Positions 38,665-47,360 of a stretch of DNA of 64,000 nt are shown here, one piece after another. The stretch comes from Sedimenticola sp. Lineage in GTDB: Bacteria; Pseudomonadota; Gammaproteobacteria; Chromatiales; Chromatiaceae. Each line of letters begins with the position of its first letter. Position 1 is the stretch's first letter. The stretch spans positions 934 through 64,933 of the forward strand of contig JAPHTA010000014.1 in NCBI GenBank assembly GCA_026196475.1, read 5' to 3'. Made by a program: the position numbers and the translations under genes. The notes beneath the pieces were generated by a model. It did not search any database. It had not been told where the DNA came from and saw only the letters and a list, made by a program, of their open reading frames with translations.

Positions 38665-39644
38665 TTGGAAACTCCGAAGGAGGTTCGCAACAACTCATGA
38701 TCGATAAAGCCGTGGCTAAAACTGTTCCCAGACTCCAGATTGCTTACGGTGACGCGCGCCGGGCTGAACAGCAGCGGATCAATCTTGAAAAAATCATACC
38801 CACAGGCTTTGAACATGTCCGCAAAGGGCTGACCGTAGTCACCTGAGGTACTGCTAGGCAGCGCCCCTGAAAGGGCCTCGGTTGCGCTGTCCATACCGGT
38901 AACGAAAAGGTGAATCTGCCCCGCGAACAGGATGGCATCATTGGTTCGCCCCATTGCCTGCAAAAAGTCAGGAGTGGGCGGCGGCAGAGGTGCCGTCGCC
39001 ACACCGTCCACGATATGTGACAGTTCGAAACCCAGTTCATGTGCCTTGTGCAACGCAACCTCAAGCACCCTGGCAACGATCTGCGTCGTACCGGCGAGAC
39101 TCCGGGTCGGGGTCAATATCAGGCTCAATTGTTCCGGCTGTACACCGCATTCTGACGCTATACGATTGGTCAACTCGATCGGAGGCCGCTGATCCACTTC
39201 CAGCACCAGCGTGGCACAGTCTGCAATATCGTCAATTTCCAGGTGCTCATAGAGTTTTTCCTTTCGCGCCAGTATTCGGCCCGGACCGGAGCCCAATGCA
39301 TGAAAGGCAGATTCTCCCTTACCATGGGACAGGCTCCAGCCGGCATACTGGCTTCCCAGGCAAGCCAGTACCGGCTGGTTACTGTGTACCGCGATATTGG
39401 CCGACCATCCAGGCACCGCTGCTGTGCTCTGCAGTGCGACATGCCCCTGCCCGCCCATACAGATCTCCGCAATCCGCCTGCCCGCTTCCAGTCCGCCAAG
39501 GCAATCAATACCAGCGTCAATCATCATGACACCGTTATCCAGCCGTTCCGGCCGTAGTCTGAGCGACGCCGAGTTCTGCACCAGGGAGTCAACCAGGGTT
39601 CGGGTGGAGCGGTTTAGCGATGGAATCTTGCTATGCTGTGTCAT
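38661..39644 (-). CDS. mch: Methenyl-H4MPT cyclohydrolase
   Basis: Its ~327-aa length and composition are Mch-like (LACLGSQYAGWSL, TNDAILFAG). The start is at the ATG directly after the upstream stop. Confidence 0.88.
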   Translation of the reverse strand: MTQHSKIPSLNRSTRTLVDSLVQNSASLRLRPERLDNGVMMIDAGIDCLGGLEAGRRIAEICMGGQGHVALQSTAAVPGWSANIAVHSNQPVLACLGSQYAGWSLSHGKGESAFHALGSGPGRILARKEKLYEHLEIDDIADCATLVLEVDQRPPIELTNRIASECGVQPEQLSLILTPTRSLAGTTQIVARVLEVALHKAHELGFELSHIVDGVATAPLPPPTPDFLQAMGRTNDAILFAGQIHLFVTGMDSATEALSGALPSSTSGDYGQPFADMFKACGYDFFKIDPLLFSPARVTVSNLESGNSFSHGFIDHELLRTSFGVSK

Positions 39645-39645
39645 T

Positions 39646-40755
39646 TCAGGCCGCCTCCTGATTCGACAAAGCGAAGAGCGCACGAACCTTCAGGTATCTG
39701 TCCCGAAGACAGGCATCGACCTCTTTGCGGGTGCGGCCGTTGGCATGAACACCACACAGCGGCTCCCCCTTCTTGCATTGGTTACCGACCGGTGGTCGGT
39801 CACTGCACCATTCCGGCCATCTTATCCGGCCAACTACCCGATCCCTGTCTGAATAGAGAATACGATATGCCCGTACTCCGCTTTCCCGCGTCGGCTTGTC
39901 AAGCACACCGTGACAGGCAGCAATATGCGCCGTCACGCCACCTTTCGGAAGGTCGCGTTCGTAGAGTTCAAGTGTCGCTGGTGGACGGGCATTCAGCTCC
40001 AGCAGAACTGCCTGGTCACCCCGAATGACACAATCAATTCCATTCGCGCCCCGTAAACGAAGTGCAACGGTCAGCTTCCGAGCCATTTCAACCATCTGCT
40101 GTACGGGCTTCACTCCAGGATTGAATCCGGTGCATGCGCCGGCAAAGCGGAAGTCGCCCTGCGACGGATCAACTGCATGTATTTCATTGATTCCCAGTAC
40201 TTCTATGTTTTTCCCGTTGGCCAGAAAAGTGAGCGAACATACAGGACCTGTAATCCGCCGTTGATAGTAGTGCTCGGTTGAAACGGGGGACTTCATGCCC
40301 GCAAAACGGACTCCCACACCTCCACAACTGCCCGCGGTTTTTCTTAGCCACCCCCGGGGATCGGGAGGTTGCTCGAATAACACCGCTGGATAACGGATCC
40401 CAAGCATATCGAGCAGTTGGAAAAATCTTTCCGGATTCGAAACAAACACCAGCGTCTCTGGCCGATTTCCCAGGCAGACACCCCGAGAGTTCAACTGATA
40501 AAGCAGTTCGGGCTGGGCCTCGAATCCCGCTGCAAATAGCCAACTCATGTTTGTCGCCTTCTCATAACCAAGGCAGGCATCAACCAGGCCCTGTGCGTCT
40601 TGTCGGACGGTGTCGATAACGGTACGACACGCGATCTTCGTATCGGCATCCGAGAACAGGTCCACTCCGGTCACGGCATATCCCCCCCGTGAAGCGGACT
40701 GCGACAGGTAGCGCACGCTATGACCGACAATAAAAAGTGACTGTTGCGGGTTCAT
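39646..40755 (-). CDS. ATP-grasp family protein of H4MPT clusters (COG2232-like carboligase)
   Basis: It has an ATP-grasp C-terminal core (RGANGIDCVIRGDQAVLLELNARP) and occupies the conserved position between mtdB and mch. Confidence 0.68.
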   Translation of the reverse strand: MNPQQSLFIVGHSVRYLSQSASRGGYAVTGVDLFSDADTKIACRTVIDTVRQDAQGLVDACLGYEKATNMSWLFAAGFEAQPELLYQLNSRGVCLGNRPETLVFVSNPERFFQLLDMLGIRYPAVLFEQPPDPRGWLRKTAGSCGGVGVRFAGMKSPVSTEHYYQRRITGPVCSLTFLANGKNIEVLGINEIHAVDPSQGDFRFAGACTGFNPGVKPVQQMVEMARKLTVALRLRGANGIDCVIRGDQAVLLELNARPPATLELYERDLPKGGVTAHIAACHGVLDKPTRESGVRAYRILYSDRDRVVGRIRWPEWCSDRPPVGNQCKKGEPLCGVHANGRTRKEVDACLRDRYLKVRALFALSNQEAA

Positions 40756-40756
40756 A

Positions 40757-41656
40757 TCAGGCCTTGCTCCTGGCCACAGTCAGTGCTTGCGTAAAATCAA
40801 GATAAACCGGCCCGTCGGTATCAATCATCTGCTGCAACATGGCCCGCTGGGTCTGGTACTTTACATTGCCAACCGCCAGCGCCCCGATCCCAAGTGCTCC
40901 AGTCGGTGTCGATGCCATCTCCTTTCCGTTATCCATAACCCCAAGGCCGGCTATACCCTCGGGCGGCACGGCATTGACATCGCAAAACACCTGAACCTCC
41001 AGTGCAGCCTTCAAGTGCTTTTCATTCAATACCTGCACGCCCGCTTTGGCCGCTCCGAAAACCACATTGGCGTTACTCAGCAGCTCGCATATCCCGTCAT
41101 CACTGCTTCCCACTGCACCGGTGATAGATAGCTCGTACTTTTCACTGCATAAGAGCGCGGCCTTATCGGCCTTCTCCCTGTTCTCATGGCTGACAATGAT
41201 TGGGTTTGCCCCGGCCCTGGCTGCAAGCATGGCGCAGGTCAATCCAACCGGACCGGTGCCCCCAAAGACAAGCACCTCTTTTCCCTGCAGCGAATCACCG
41301 GTTCGCTCCAGATAGGCTTTTTCGGCACTGGCTACCATTGCCGCAGCCGTGGTAAACGCACCACTGGGGTCCGCGAATACCGAGACTTCAAACGGCGGCA
41401 CCATCGCCTTTCTGGCAGCATGCAGCATATCCATCGCATGATGGATATCCCGCCCGCCAATAAAGATTCCGGTACGTTTTGCACCCTTGGGACCACGGGA
41501 AAAAATGGCGTCCTGGGTAAAATCCGAGATTTGCTCCAACCTCAACGCGGTGTAGGGGATGCAGTGATTCCATCCTGCGTCAATCGCCATGTTGACATCA
41601 AATGGACTCAGGTTGGGCACTTCCGTGAACATGTGCAGAATGCTTTCGTAATCCAT
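40757..41656 (-). CDS. mtdB: NAD(P)-dependent methylene-H4MPT dehydrogenase
   Basis: The MtdA/MtdB-family N-terminus (SPFDVNMAIDAGW) and Rossmann motif VFGGTGPVG are present in a 299-aa protein. Confidence 0.85.
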   Translation of the reverse strand: MDYESILHMFTEVPNLSPFDVNMAIDAGWNHCIPYTALRLEQISDFTQDAIFSRGPKGAKRTGIFIGGRDIHHAMDMLHAARKAMVPPFEVSVFADPSGAFTTAAAMVASAEKAYLERTGDSLQGKEVLVFGGTGPVGLTCAMLAARAGANPIIVSHENREKADKAALLCSEKYELSITGAVGSSDDGICELLSNANVVFGAAKAGVQVLNEKHLKAALEVQVFCDVNAVPPEGIAGLGVMDNGKEMASTPTGALGIGALAVGNVKYQTQRAMLQQMIDTDGPVYLDFTQALTVARSKA

Positions 41657-41659
41657 GGT

Positions 41660-42670
41660 CTAACGGGTTTCCTTCACGGCCTGACGGTCCGTTTCAACCG
41701 ACACTCGACTTCCCTCGTTACACGCGGCGGTTATTTCAAAACGGAGTGGGGAGAGCTCACCCACGCGCTGACGCGCCTGGGCTCGCAGTTGGACGGCGGA
41801 TGCGTGATCAGGTAACAATACAAAGCCGGTGGGACCCCAGGAACTTTGCCCGACCCCCGCGTATCCTTTTGATTCAACCCAGTTCAATAGATCGGCTACT
41901 GCTGTACTGGTGTACCTTCCCCCCTGGGCAGGGGCGAAATGGTCCCCGACACAGCGCTGCAGTTCAGCAATCCCGGAGGCTACAGGGTCCATCTGCTGCT
42001 CTCTGATACCCGGCAGTATCTGCATTAAGGTCAAATGGCATAGACGCGCAGCGTGCTCGGCTGGAAAAGGTGGTAAGTTGCGGAATGCCTGCACCTCCTG
42101 TCCGCCATGCAGGCCCTGACCACTGCTGTCCATCACCAGAAGTACACGCCAGGAATCCGGGTACGGCATTTGTACTGTCAGAGGTGGGGGACCCTCGCAC
42201 TCACCAATCCCGCTATCGACCATGAATCCACCATGATCGAAACCGCCGATCCCAATCCCCGAGCGGCGCCCCCGCTCCATCTGGCGTGCCACCTGTGCGG
42301 TATTAGATGACAAACCAAACAACCGGTGTATCGCGTACCCTACTGCCAGCGCCATCTGAGTACCCGAGCCCAAACCGGCATGATCAGGAATGGCCTCATC
42401 AATACGGATTTGCACGCCTGCGTCGATACCCAGAAGATCAAGCATTCTTCGGGCATAGCCGGCAGCGCGATCGGCAGAGGGACCAGAGGCAGTGATCGTT
42501 GGCGCCGTCCACATTTGCAGCGTCGTTCTGAAAGCATCGATGCTGAGCCCGAGGCCGCCAAAACGCCGACCCAGAGCGCCACTGATATCGAGAAAGCCAA
42601 GGTGAAGTCTGGCCGACGCACTAACGGAGACACGCCGATGCTGCTGATGATATGACCACTGTTTCCTCAT
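41660..42670 (-). CDS. mptG: Beta-ribofuranosylaminobenzene 5'-phosphate synthase (GHMP-kinase fold)
   Basis: VSASARLHLGFLDISG and GLGSGTQMALAV are MptG/GHMP signatures. I set the start at the first ATG (42670); the track start at 42769 is TTG. Confidence 0.75.
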   Translation of the reverse strand: MRKQWSYHQQHRRVSVSASARLHLGFLDISGALGRRFGGLGLSIDAFRTTLQMWTAPTITASGPSADRAAGYARRMLDLLGIDAGVQIRIDEAIPDHAGLGSGTQMALAVGYAIHRLFGLSSNTAQVARQMERGRRSGIGIGGFDHGGFMVDSGIGECEGPPPLTVQMPYPDSWRVLLVMDSSGQGLHGGQEVQAFRNLPPFPAEHAARLCHLTLMQILPGIREQQMDPVASGIAELQRCVGDHFAPAQGGRYTSTAVADLLNWVESKGYAGVGQSSWGPTGFVLLPDHASAVQLRAQARQRVGELSPLRFEITAACNEGSRVSVETDRQAVKETR

Positions 42671-42681
42671 GCCGACATCAA

Positions 42682-42698
42682 TTGCAAACCCCGTGCCT
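42682..42698 (-). promoter_or_regulatory. Sigma-54 (-24/-12) promoter motif AGGCACGGGGTTTGCAA (minus strand)
   Basis: It matches GGCAC-N5-TTGCA with exact GG-N10-GC spacing. The -12 C lies 14 nt upstream of the mptG ATG. Confidence 0.45.
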
Positions 42699-42864
42699 GT
42701 TTTCACGAGCCAATAAAACGGCGAGGTTTGTAGGGTCTTACATTCATGTGTGCGTCTACCATGTGTCAATGTGTCACGACCCTACGGCGCACCCATGACA
42801 ATCCAGTACCTGTTTATCGGCTGTAGCCGGTCAGACGGGTGGCCTCTGCCACCATCAAGAAGAC

Positions 42865-42880
42865 CGGCATAGCTTTTGCC
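42865..42880 (+). promoter_or_regulatory. Sigma-54 (-24/-12) promoter motif CGGCATAGCTTTTGCC
   Basis: It has exact GG-N10-GC spacing with GGCAT and TTGC flanks, ~40 nt upstream of the fhcD start. Confidence 0.5.
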
Positions 42881-42918
42881 TTACGAAGCCCAATCAGGGA
42901 AACAATACGGTTAACGTG

Positions 42919-43815
42919 ATGCAGATAAATGGGGTGATAATCGACGACACGTTTGCTGAAGCGTTCGGCATGCGAGCGACCCGAATCATAGTAACCGCAA
43001 TAAACCCGGGTTGGGCCCGTCAGGCAGGGCAGACCATGACCGGTTTTGCCACCTCGGTCATCGGCTGTGGCGTTGAGGCAGGTATCGAATCCAGTCTCGA
43101 CAGTGACCAGACACCGGATGGTCGACCCGGAGTGAGCGTCCTGCTCTTTGGGATGTCAACAAAAGATCTGGCCAAGGCGCTGGAAGTGCGTACCGGCCAA
43201 TGTATTCTCACTTGTCCGACCACTGCGGTTTACGCCGGGCTGGAGGGCAGCGACCGCCTGCCCCTGGGAAAGAACCTTCGCTACTTTGGTGATGGATATC
43301 AAATCAGTAAGTTACTGAATAACAAGCGATATTGGAGAATACCTGTAATGGATGGAGAATTCATCGCCGAGCAGGATACTGGATACTGCAAGGCCGTTGG
43401 TGGCGGCAACTTCCTGGTATTGGCCGATGACCTGCCCAGTGCGTTATCAGCCTGTGAGAAAGCAGTTATGGCAATGCGCGAGATCCCGAATATTGTCCTG
43501 CCATTTCCTGGCGGGATAGTACGTTCCGGCTCAAAGGTCGGCTCCAAGTACCCGCGTCTGGTCGCCTCCACCAACGACGCCTACTGCCCCACCCTGCGCG
43601 GCCTTGTCAAATCAAAGCTGGACAAACAGACCGGAGCAGTACTGGAGATTGTCGTCAATGGGCTTACAGCGGATGACATCGCCCGGGCGATGCGCACCGG
43701 CATCGATACTGTCTGCCGTCAGGGCCGCGACAAGGGGATAAGGCGCATATCGGCAGGCAACTATGGCGGCAAGCTCGGGCAGTTTCACTTCCCGTTACAC
43801 GAGATGATGGCATGA
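42919..43815 (+). CDS. fhcD: Formylmethanofuran:H4MPT formyltransferase (Fhc complex subunit D)
   Basis: MQINGVIIDDTFAEAFGMRATRIIVTA is the canonical Ftr N-terminus. I prefer the ATG at 42919 to the GTG at 42916. Confidence 0.92.
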   Translation: MQINGVIIDDTFAEAFGMRATRIIVTAINPGWARQAGQTMTGFATSVIGCGVEAGIESSLDSDQTPDGRPGVSVLLFGMSTKDLAKALEVRTGQCILTCPTTAVYAGLEGSDRLPLGKNLRYFGDGYQISKLLNNKRYWRIPVMDGEFIAEQDTGYCKAVGGGNFLVLADDLPSALSACEKAVMAMREIPNIVLPFPGGIVRSGSKVGSKYPRLVASTNDAYCPTLRGLVKSKLDKQTGAVLEIVVNGLTADDIARAMRTGIDTVCRQGRDKGIRRISAGNYGGKLGQFHFPLHEMMA

Positions 43816-44624
43816 GCATGATACTGAGCCAGACCAGGGAGCAGAGAGGACGTATAGATCTCCGTGGAATCATTCCAGAACGACTTTCTGAATTGGATTT
43901 GTCAGCAATCGAACAGTTGCCAATAACCGCCGACAACCAATCGGTTCCCCTATCGGAGTTCTTCAGTGTACGGGGCAATCCCTCGGATGATCTGACTATC
44001 GTCCCCGGCAACAATCGCTTGGACTATATTGGATGCCTCATGAAGACAGGAACGATAACCCTGTTGGGCGACGCGGGAAACCATGCCGGACTTGAGATGC
44101 AAGGGGGAAAACTGCTTATCAAAGGCAATAGTGGTGACTATACCGGCAGCGCTATACAGGGAGGTGAGATCATTGTACAGGGCGATGCTGGCGACTCTGT
44201 TGGTGCCCCGGGGGCAGGCATGATACGCGGACAGAATGGCGGCGCGATACACGTAAAAGGCAGAGCAGGACATCGTGCAGGTGAGTGCCAGCGGCGTGGC
44301 CTGCTGATTATTGAAGGCAATGTGGGCGATCTGGCAGGATACCGAATGATAGCCGGAACCCTCTATATCGGAGGAAGTACGGGCATACATACGGGACTTG
44401 GCATGCGCCGTGGCACGATTCTACTGCATCAGCACGCCAGCATACTTCCTGTTACCATGAACCATAGCGGATCATTACCACTTACCATGCTTTCCCTGGT
44501 CAATAATCTGCTTCGGTACTACCTGACAGACAACGCACCAACTATTTCTCCAGACCACCATGTAACGCGCTATGTAGGTGACCTGGCCTGCGGTGGCATG
44601 GGTGAAATCATTATTCTTCAATGA
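43812..44624 (+). CDS. fhcC: Formyltransferase/hydrolase complex subunit C (FwdC homologue)
   Basis: An ATGA overlap joins it to fhcD. It has glycine-rich beta-helix repeats (GDAGNHAG, GNSGDYTG, GDAGDSVG, GRAGHRAG, GNVGDLAG). Confidence 0.85.
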   Translation: MSMILSQTREQRGRIDLRGIIPERLSELDLSAIEQLPITADNQSVPLSEFFSVRGNPSDDLTIVPGNNRLDYIGCLMKTGTITLLGDAGNHAGLEMQGGKLLIKGNSGDYTGSAIQGGEIIVQGDAGDSVGAPGAGMIRGQNGGAIHVKGRAGHRAGECQRRGLLIIEGNVGDLAGYRMIAGTLYIGGSTGIHTGLGMRRGTILLHQHASILPVTMNHSGSLPLTMLSLVNNLLRYYLTDNAPTISPDHHVTRYVGDLACGGMGEIIILQ

Positions 44625-45004
44625 CCACCCTGAAGTTTGCATCTCCCTCTGTATTCCTGCCTGACACGACGCCCATCAGGGAAAGAGTATTGTGACCGGT
44701 AATCACACCAGCCGGTAACACGCATCCAACTTGTGAATGAAACAGGCATCCCAGTTCAGCAATAAGTATCTCGTGTACCCCACTCATGCCGGGAACTGAT
44801 GGTCACCCAGGCACTCACCTCTTTCTGTGCCGGTACAACCCGGATCATGACGAAAGCGGGTATCTGACGAATATCAATGACCGACAACGCCCGTGAACAT
44901 CACACGTCTACCATTGCGTCGCCCCTGGGACACATAAACACGCTTTGCACAGCGCCTGTAACACCTCCCGGGTACCGGCCCAGCCAATATCTGCCCCTGG
45001 GAGT

Positions 45005-45020
45005 TGGCACTAAAGCTGCA
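45005..45020 (+). promoter_or_regulatory. Sigma-54 (-24/-12) promoter motif TGGCACTAAAGCTGCA
   Basis: This is the best consensus match in the window (TGGCAC-N5-CTGCA, GG-N10-GC). It lies 27 nt before the SCO start codon, with a GGGAGG ribosome-binding site in between. Confidence 0.65.
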
Positions 45021-45046
45021 TTCAAACAGATAATCGGGAGGTTTTC

Positions 45047-45604
45047 ATGCGTAAACTACTTAAATACCTGGCCTTAACGGCACTGGGATTGATCAACGTC
45101 GGCAATGCATCCGGAGCGGGTGGCAATTTCAGCCTGATCGCAGATAACGGCACACCCTACTCGCTCTCGGATTCCCGGGGAAATATTGTTGTACTTTCGT
45201 TTGGGTACACCTTTTGTCCGGATGTGTGTCCGACAGGACTGGCGACCATCAGCAGCGCCTTGAACAGCATCGGGGAAGCTGCACAACAAATCGATGCCCT
45301 GTTTATATCGGTGGACCCGGACCGTGACACCCCGGAAACCCTGGCAAAATACACCCGCTATTTCCATCCCAGACTGACCGGGCTAACCGGCCATGCTGAA
45401 TCGATTGCTGATGTTGCCAGACGCTATTACGCGCGTTTTGAATTCGTTGGGAAAGGCGAAACACCCAATTACACCATTGATCACACGGCAAGCTTTTACA
45501 TTATTGACAGGAATGGACAGTTGATAAACGTACTTCCTCATAGCGTTCCTCCAGACTCACTGGCAGAAAGTCTTCTTGTTGCTGTCAGGCAGCCAGTCAA
45601 ATAG
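45047..45604 (+). CDS. SCO1/SenC family copper chaperone (secreted or anchored)
   Basis: It has a signal-like N-terminus, the FGYTFCPDVCP CxxxC motif and the DHT histidine. Confidence 0.85.
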   Translation: MRKLLKYLALTALGLINVGNASGAGGNFSLIADNGTPYSLSDSRGNIVVLSFGYTFCPDVCPTGLATISSALNSIGEAAQQIDALFISVDPDRDTPETLAKYTRYFHPRLTGLTGHAESIADVARRYYARFEFVGKGETPNYTIDHTASFYIIDRNGQLINVLPHSVPPDSLAESLLVAVRQPVK

Positions 45605-45683
45605 GTTTTCTGTTGCCAATGGCCTGCTGTCAAGGCAAGTAACGGGGTTCCGAAAACGTCCCAGGCAAAAACATGAGGATAGG

Positions 45684-47360
45684 TTGTTGAGCTCAGAAGA
45701 AAAACAAGGAAAAGCATCCAGACGAGGACGTTCAGCCGCACCTGAAGACCTGGCGGCAATTCGAACGTATCTTGACCAGGAACCCACTCGTCGCGATCTT
45801 CTCATTGAATACCTGCATCGTATCCAGGATGATCGGGGATACCTGGATCGCGGCATACTGACCGCATTAGCCGAGACGCTTCGCCTGTCAATCGCTGAAG
45901 TTTACGAAGTTGCCAGCTTTTACCACCACTTCAACCTGATCAGTGATGAAACGTCTCCACCTCCGGCGGTGACGGTCAGGGTATGTGATTCCATCAGTTG
46001 CGGCCTGGCAGGTGGCGAATCACTCCTGGGCGACTTACAGCATCGTCTGGGTGACAGCGTGCGTATCCAGAGAGTTCCCTGTGTCGGCCGATGTGACAGC
46101 GCTCCCGTTGCTGTCGTCGGCACCAGGTCGATTCCTTTTGCAACCACGGAAAGTGTTTGCCATACCATCGACCAGGATATCCTGCTTGAGCCGATTCCGT
46201 TAACGGCTGATACCTACGCCAGGTACCTGGAATCCGGGGGCTACGAGAGGCTTAAAGCACTGGTCAATGAAGGTAACGAGGAAACCAAAGAGGCCATCAT
46301 ACGGGTCTTGGAAAATGCCAATTTACGGGGACTTGGTGGTGCAGGTTTCCCGGCTGGCCGGAAATGGCGCATCGTACGGGGGTTTCCTGCTCCAAGAATG
46401 ATGGCCGTTAATATCGACGAGGGAGAGCCTGGAACCTTCAAGGACCGATACTACCTGGAGCATAATCCCCATCGCTTTCTGGAGGGTATGCTGATTGCCG
46501 CTACTGTGGTGGATGTTGAAAAGATCTTTATCTACCTGCGTGATGAATACGCCGGTATTCGCGCGCTGCTGCAACAGGAACTGCAGTCGCTGGCGAAAAA
46601 CCCGCCCTGCAGATTGCCTGAAATAGAACTGCGACGAGGGGCGGGTGCCTACATCTGTGGTGAAGAATCCGCCATGATCGAATCGATAGAGGGTAAGCGG
46701 GGAATTCCACGACTGCGGCCACCCTATATCGCAGAAAATGGCCTGTTTGGACGCCCCACGCTCGAGCACAATATGGAGACTCTTTACTGGATCTGCGATC
46801 TTCTGGACAAGGGGGCAGACTGGTTCAGTTCACACGGTCGTAACGGCCGAACCGGATTGCGTAGCTTCTCGGTCAGTGGGCGAGTAAATAATCCAGGAAT
46901 GTATCTTGCTCCGGCCGGCATTTCTCTTGATGAACTGATAGAGGAATATTGTGGGGGCATGCTGCCTGGACACAAACTGAAAGCCTATTTTCCGGGTGGT
47001 GCTTCAGGCGGGATCCTGCCCGCTTCACTAAGCGATGTACCATTGGACTTCGACACGCTGAATGAATATGGCTGCTTTATCGGATCCGCGGCCATTATTG
47101 TACTTTCCGATCAGGATAGCGTGCGTGAACAGGCCTTGAACGCAATGCGTTTTTTTGCCCGGGAATCGTGTGGACAGTGCACACCATGCCGCGTGGGAAC
47201 AACTAAAGCAGCCTCCCTCATGGCCCAATCGGATTGGGATCAATCCCTGCTACAGGAACTCTGCCAGGTGATGTCAGACGCATCCATCTGCGGTTTAGGC
47301 CAGGCCGCTCCCAACCCGCTCCTCTGCGTATTAAAATATTTTCCTGAGGAGTTCTCCTAA
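45684..47360 (+). CDS. fdsB: NAD-dependent formate dehydrogenase diaphorase subunit, fused NuoE-like (gamma) and NuoF-like (beta) domains
   Basis: The N-terminal domain has the NuoE-type 2Fe-2S pattern (CDSISC ... CVGRCDSAP). The NuoF core has GLGGAGFPAGRKW (FMN) and ESCGQCTPCR (4Fe-4S). I infer the start at the TTG at 45684 after GAGGA; the track ORF starts at 45576, overlapping the SCO gene. Confidence 0.82.
   Translation: MLSSEEKQGKASRRGRSAAPEDLAAIRTYLDQEPTRRDLLIEYLHRIQDDRGYLDRGILTALAETLRLSIAEVYEVASFYHHFNLISDETSPPPAVTVRVCDSISCGLAGGESLLGDLQHRLGDSVRIQRVPCVGRCDSAPVAVVGTRSIPFATTESVCHTIDQDILLEPIPLTADTYARYLESGGYERLKALVNEGNEETKEAIIRVLENANLRGLGGAGFPAGRKWRIVRGFPAPRMMAVNIDEGEPGTFKDRYYLEHNPHRFLEGMLIAATVVDVEKIFIYLRDEYAGIRALLQQELQSLAKNPPCRLPEIELRRGAGAYICGEESAMIESIEGKRGIPRLRPPYIAENGLFGRPTLEHNMETLYWICDLLDKGADWFSSHGRNGRTGLRSFSVSGRVNNPGMYLAPAGISLDELIEEYCGGMLPGHKLKAYFPGGASGGILPASLSDVPLDFDTLNEYGCFIGSAAIIVLSDQDSVREQALNAMRFFARESCGQCTPCRVGTTKAASLMAQSDWDQSLLQELCQVMSDASICGLGQAAPNPLLCVLKYFPEEFS

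Noticed and set aside
42671-42769. 33-codon N-terminal extension of mptG.
   Set aside because: The track start is a TTG and the extension has no family-like sequence. It would also contain the sigma-54-like motif at 42682-42698. The first ATG (42670) gives a typical MptG N-terminus.
44877-45077. 66-aa plus-strand ORF in the fhcC to SCO intergenic region.
   Set aside because: It runs across the sigma-54 promoter and the ribosome-binding site/ATG of the SCO gene in another frame. It has no ribosome-binding site and no family resemblance.
45576-45683. 5' extension of the fdsB ORF overlapping the end of the SCO gene.
   Set aside because: The extension is basic and low-complexity (RKRPRQKHEDR) and overlaps the SCO gene by 29 nt. 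A GAGGA element precedes an in-frame TTG at 45684. The start remains uncertain.
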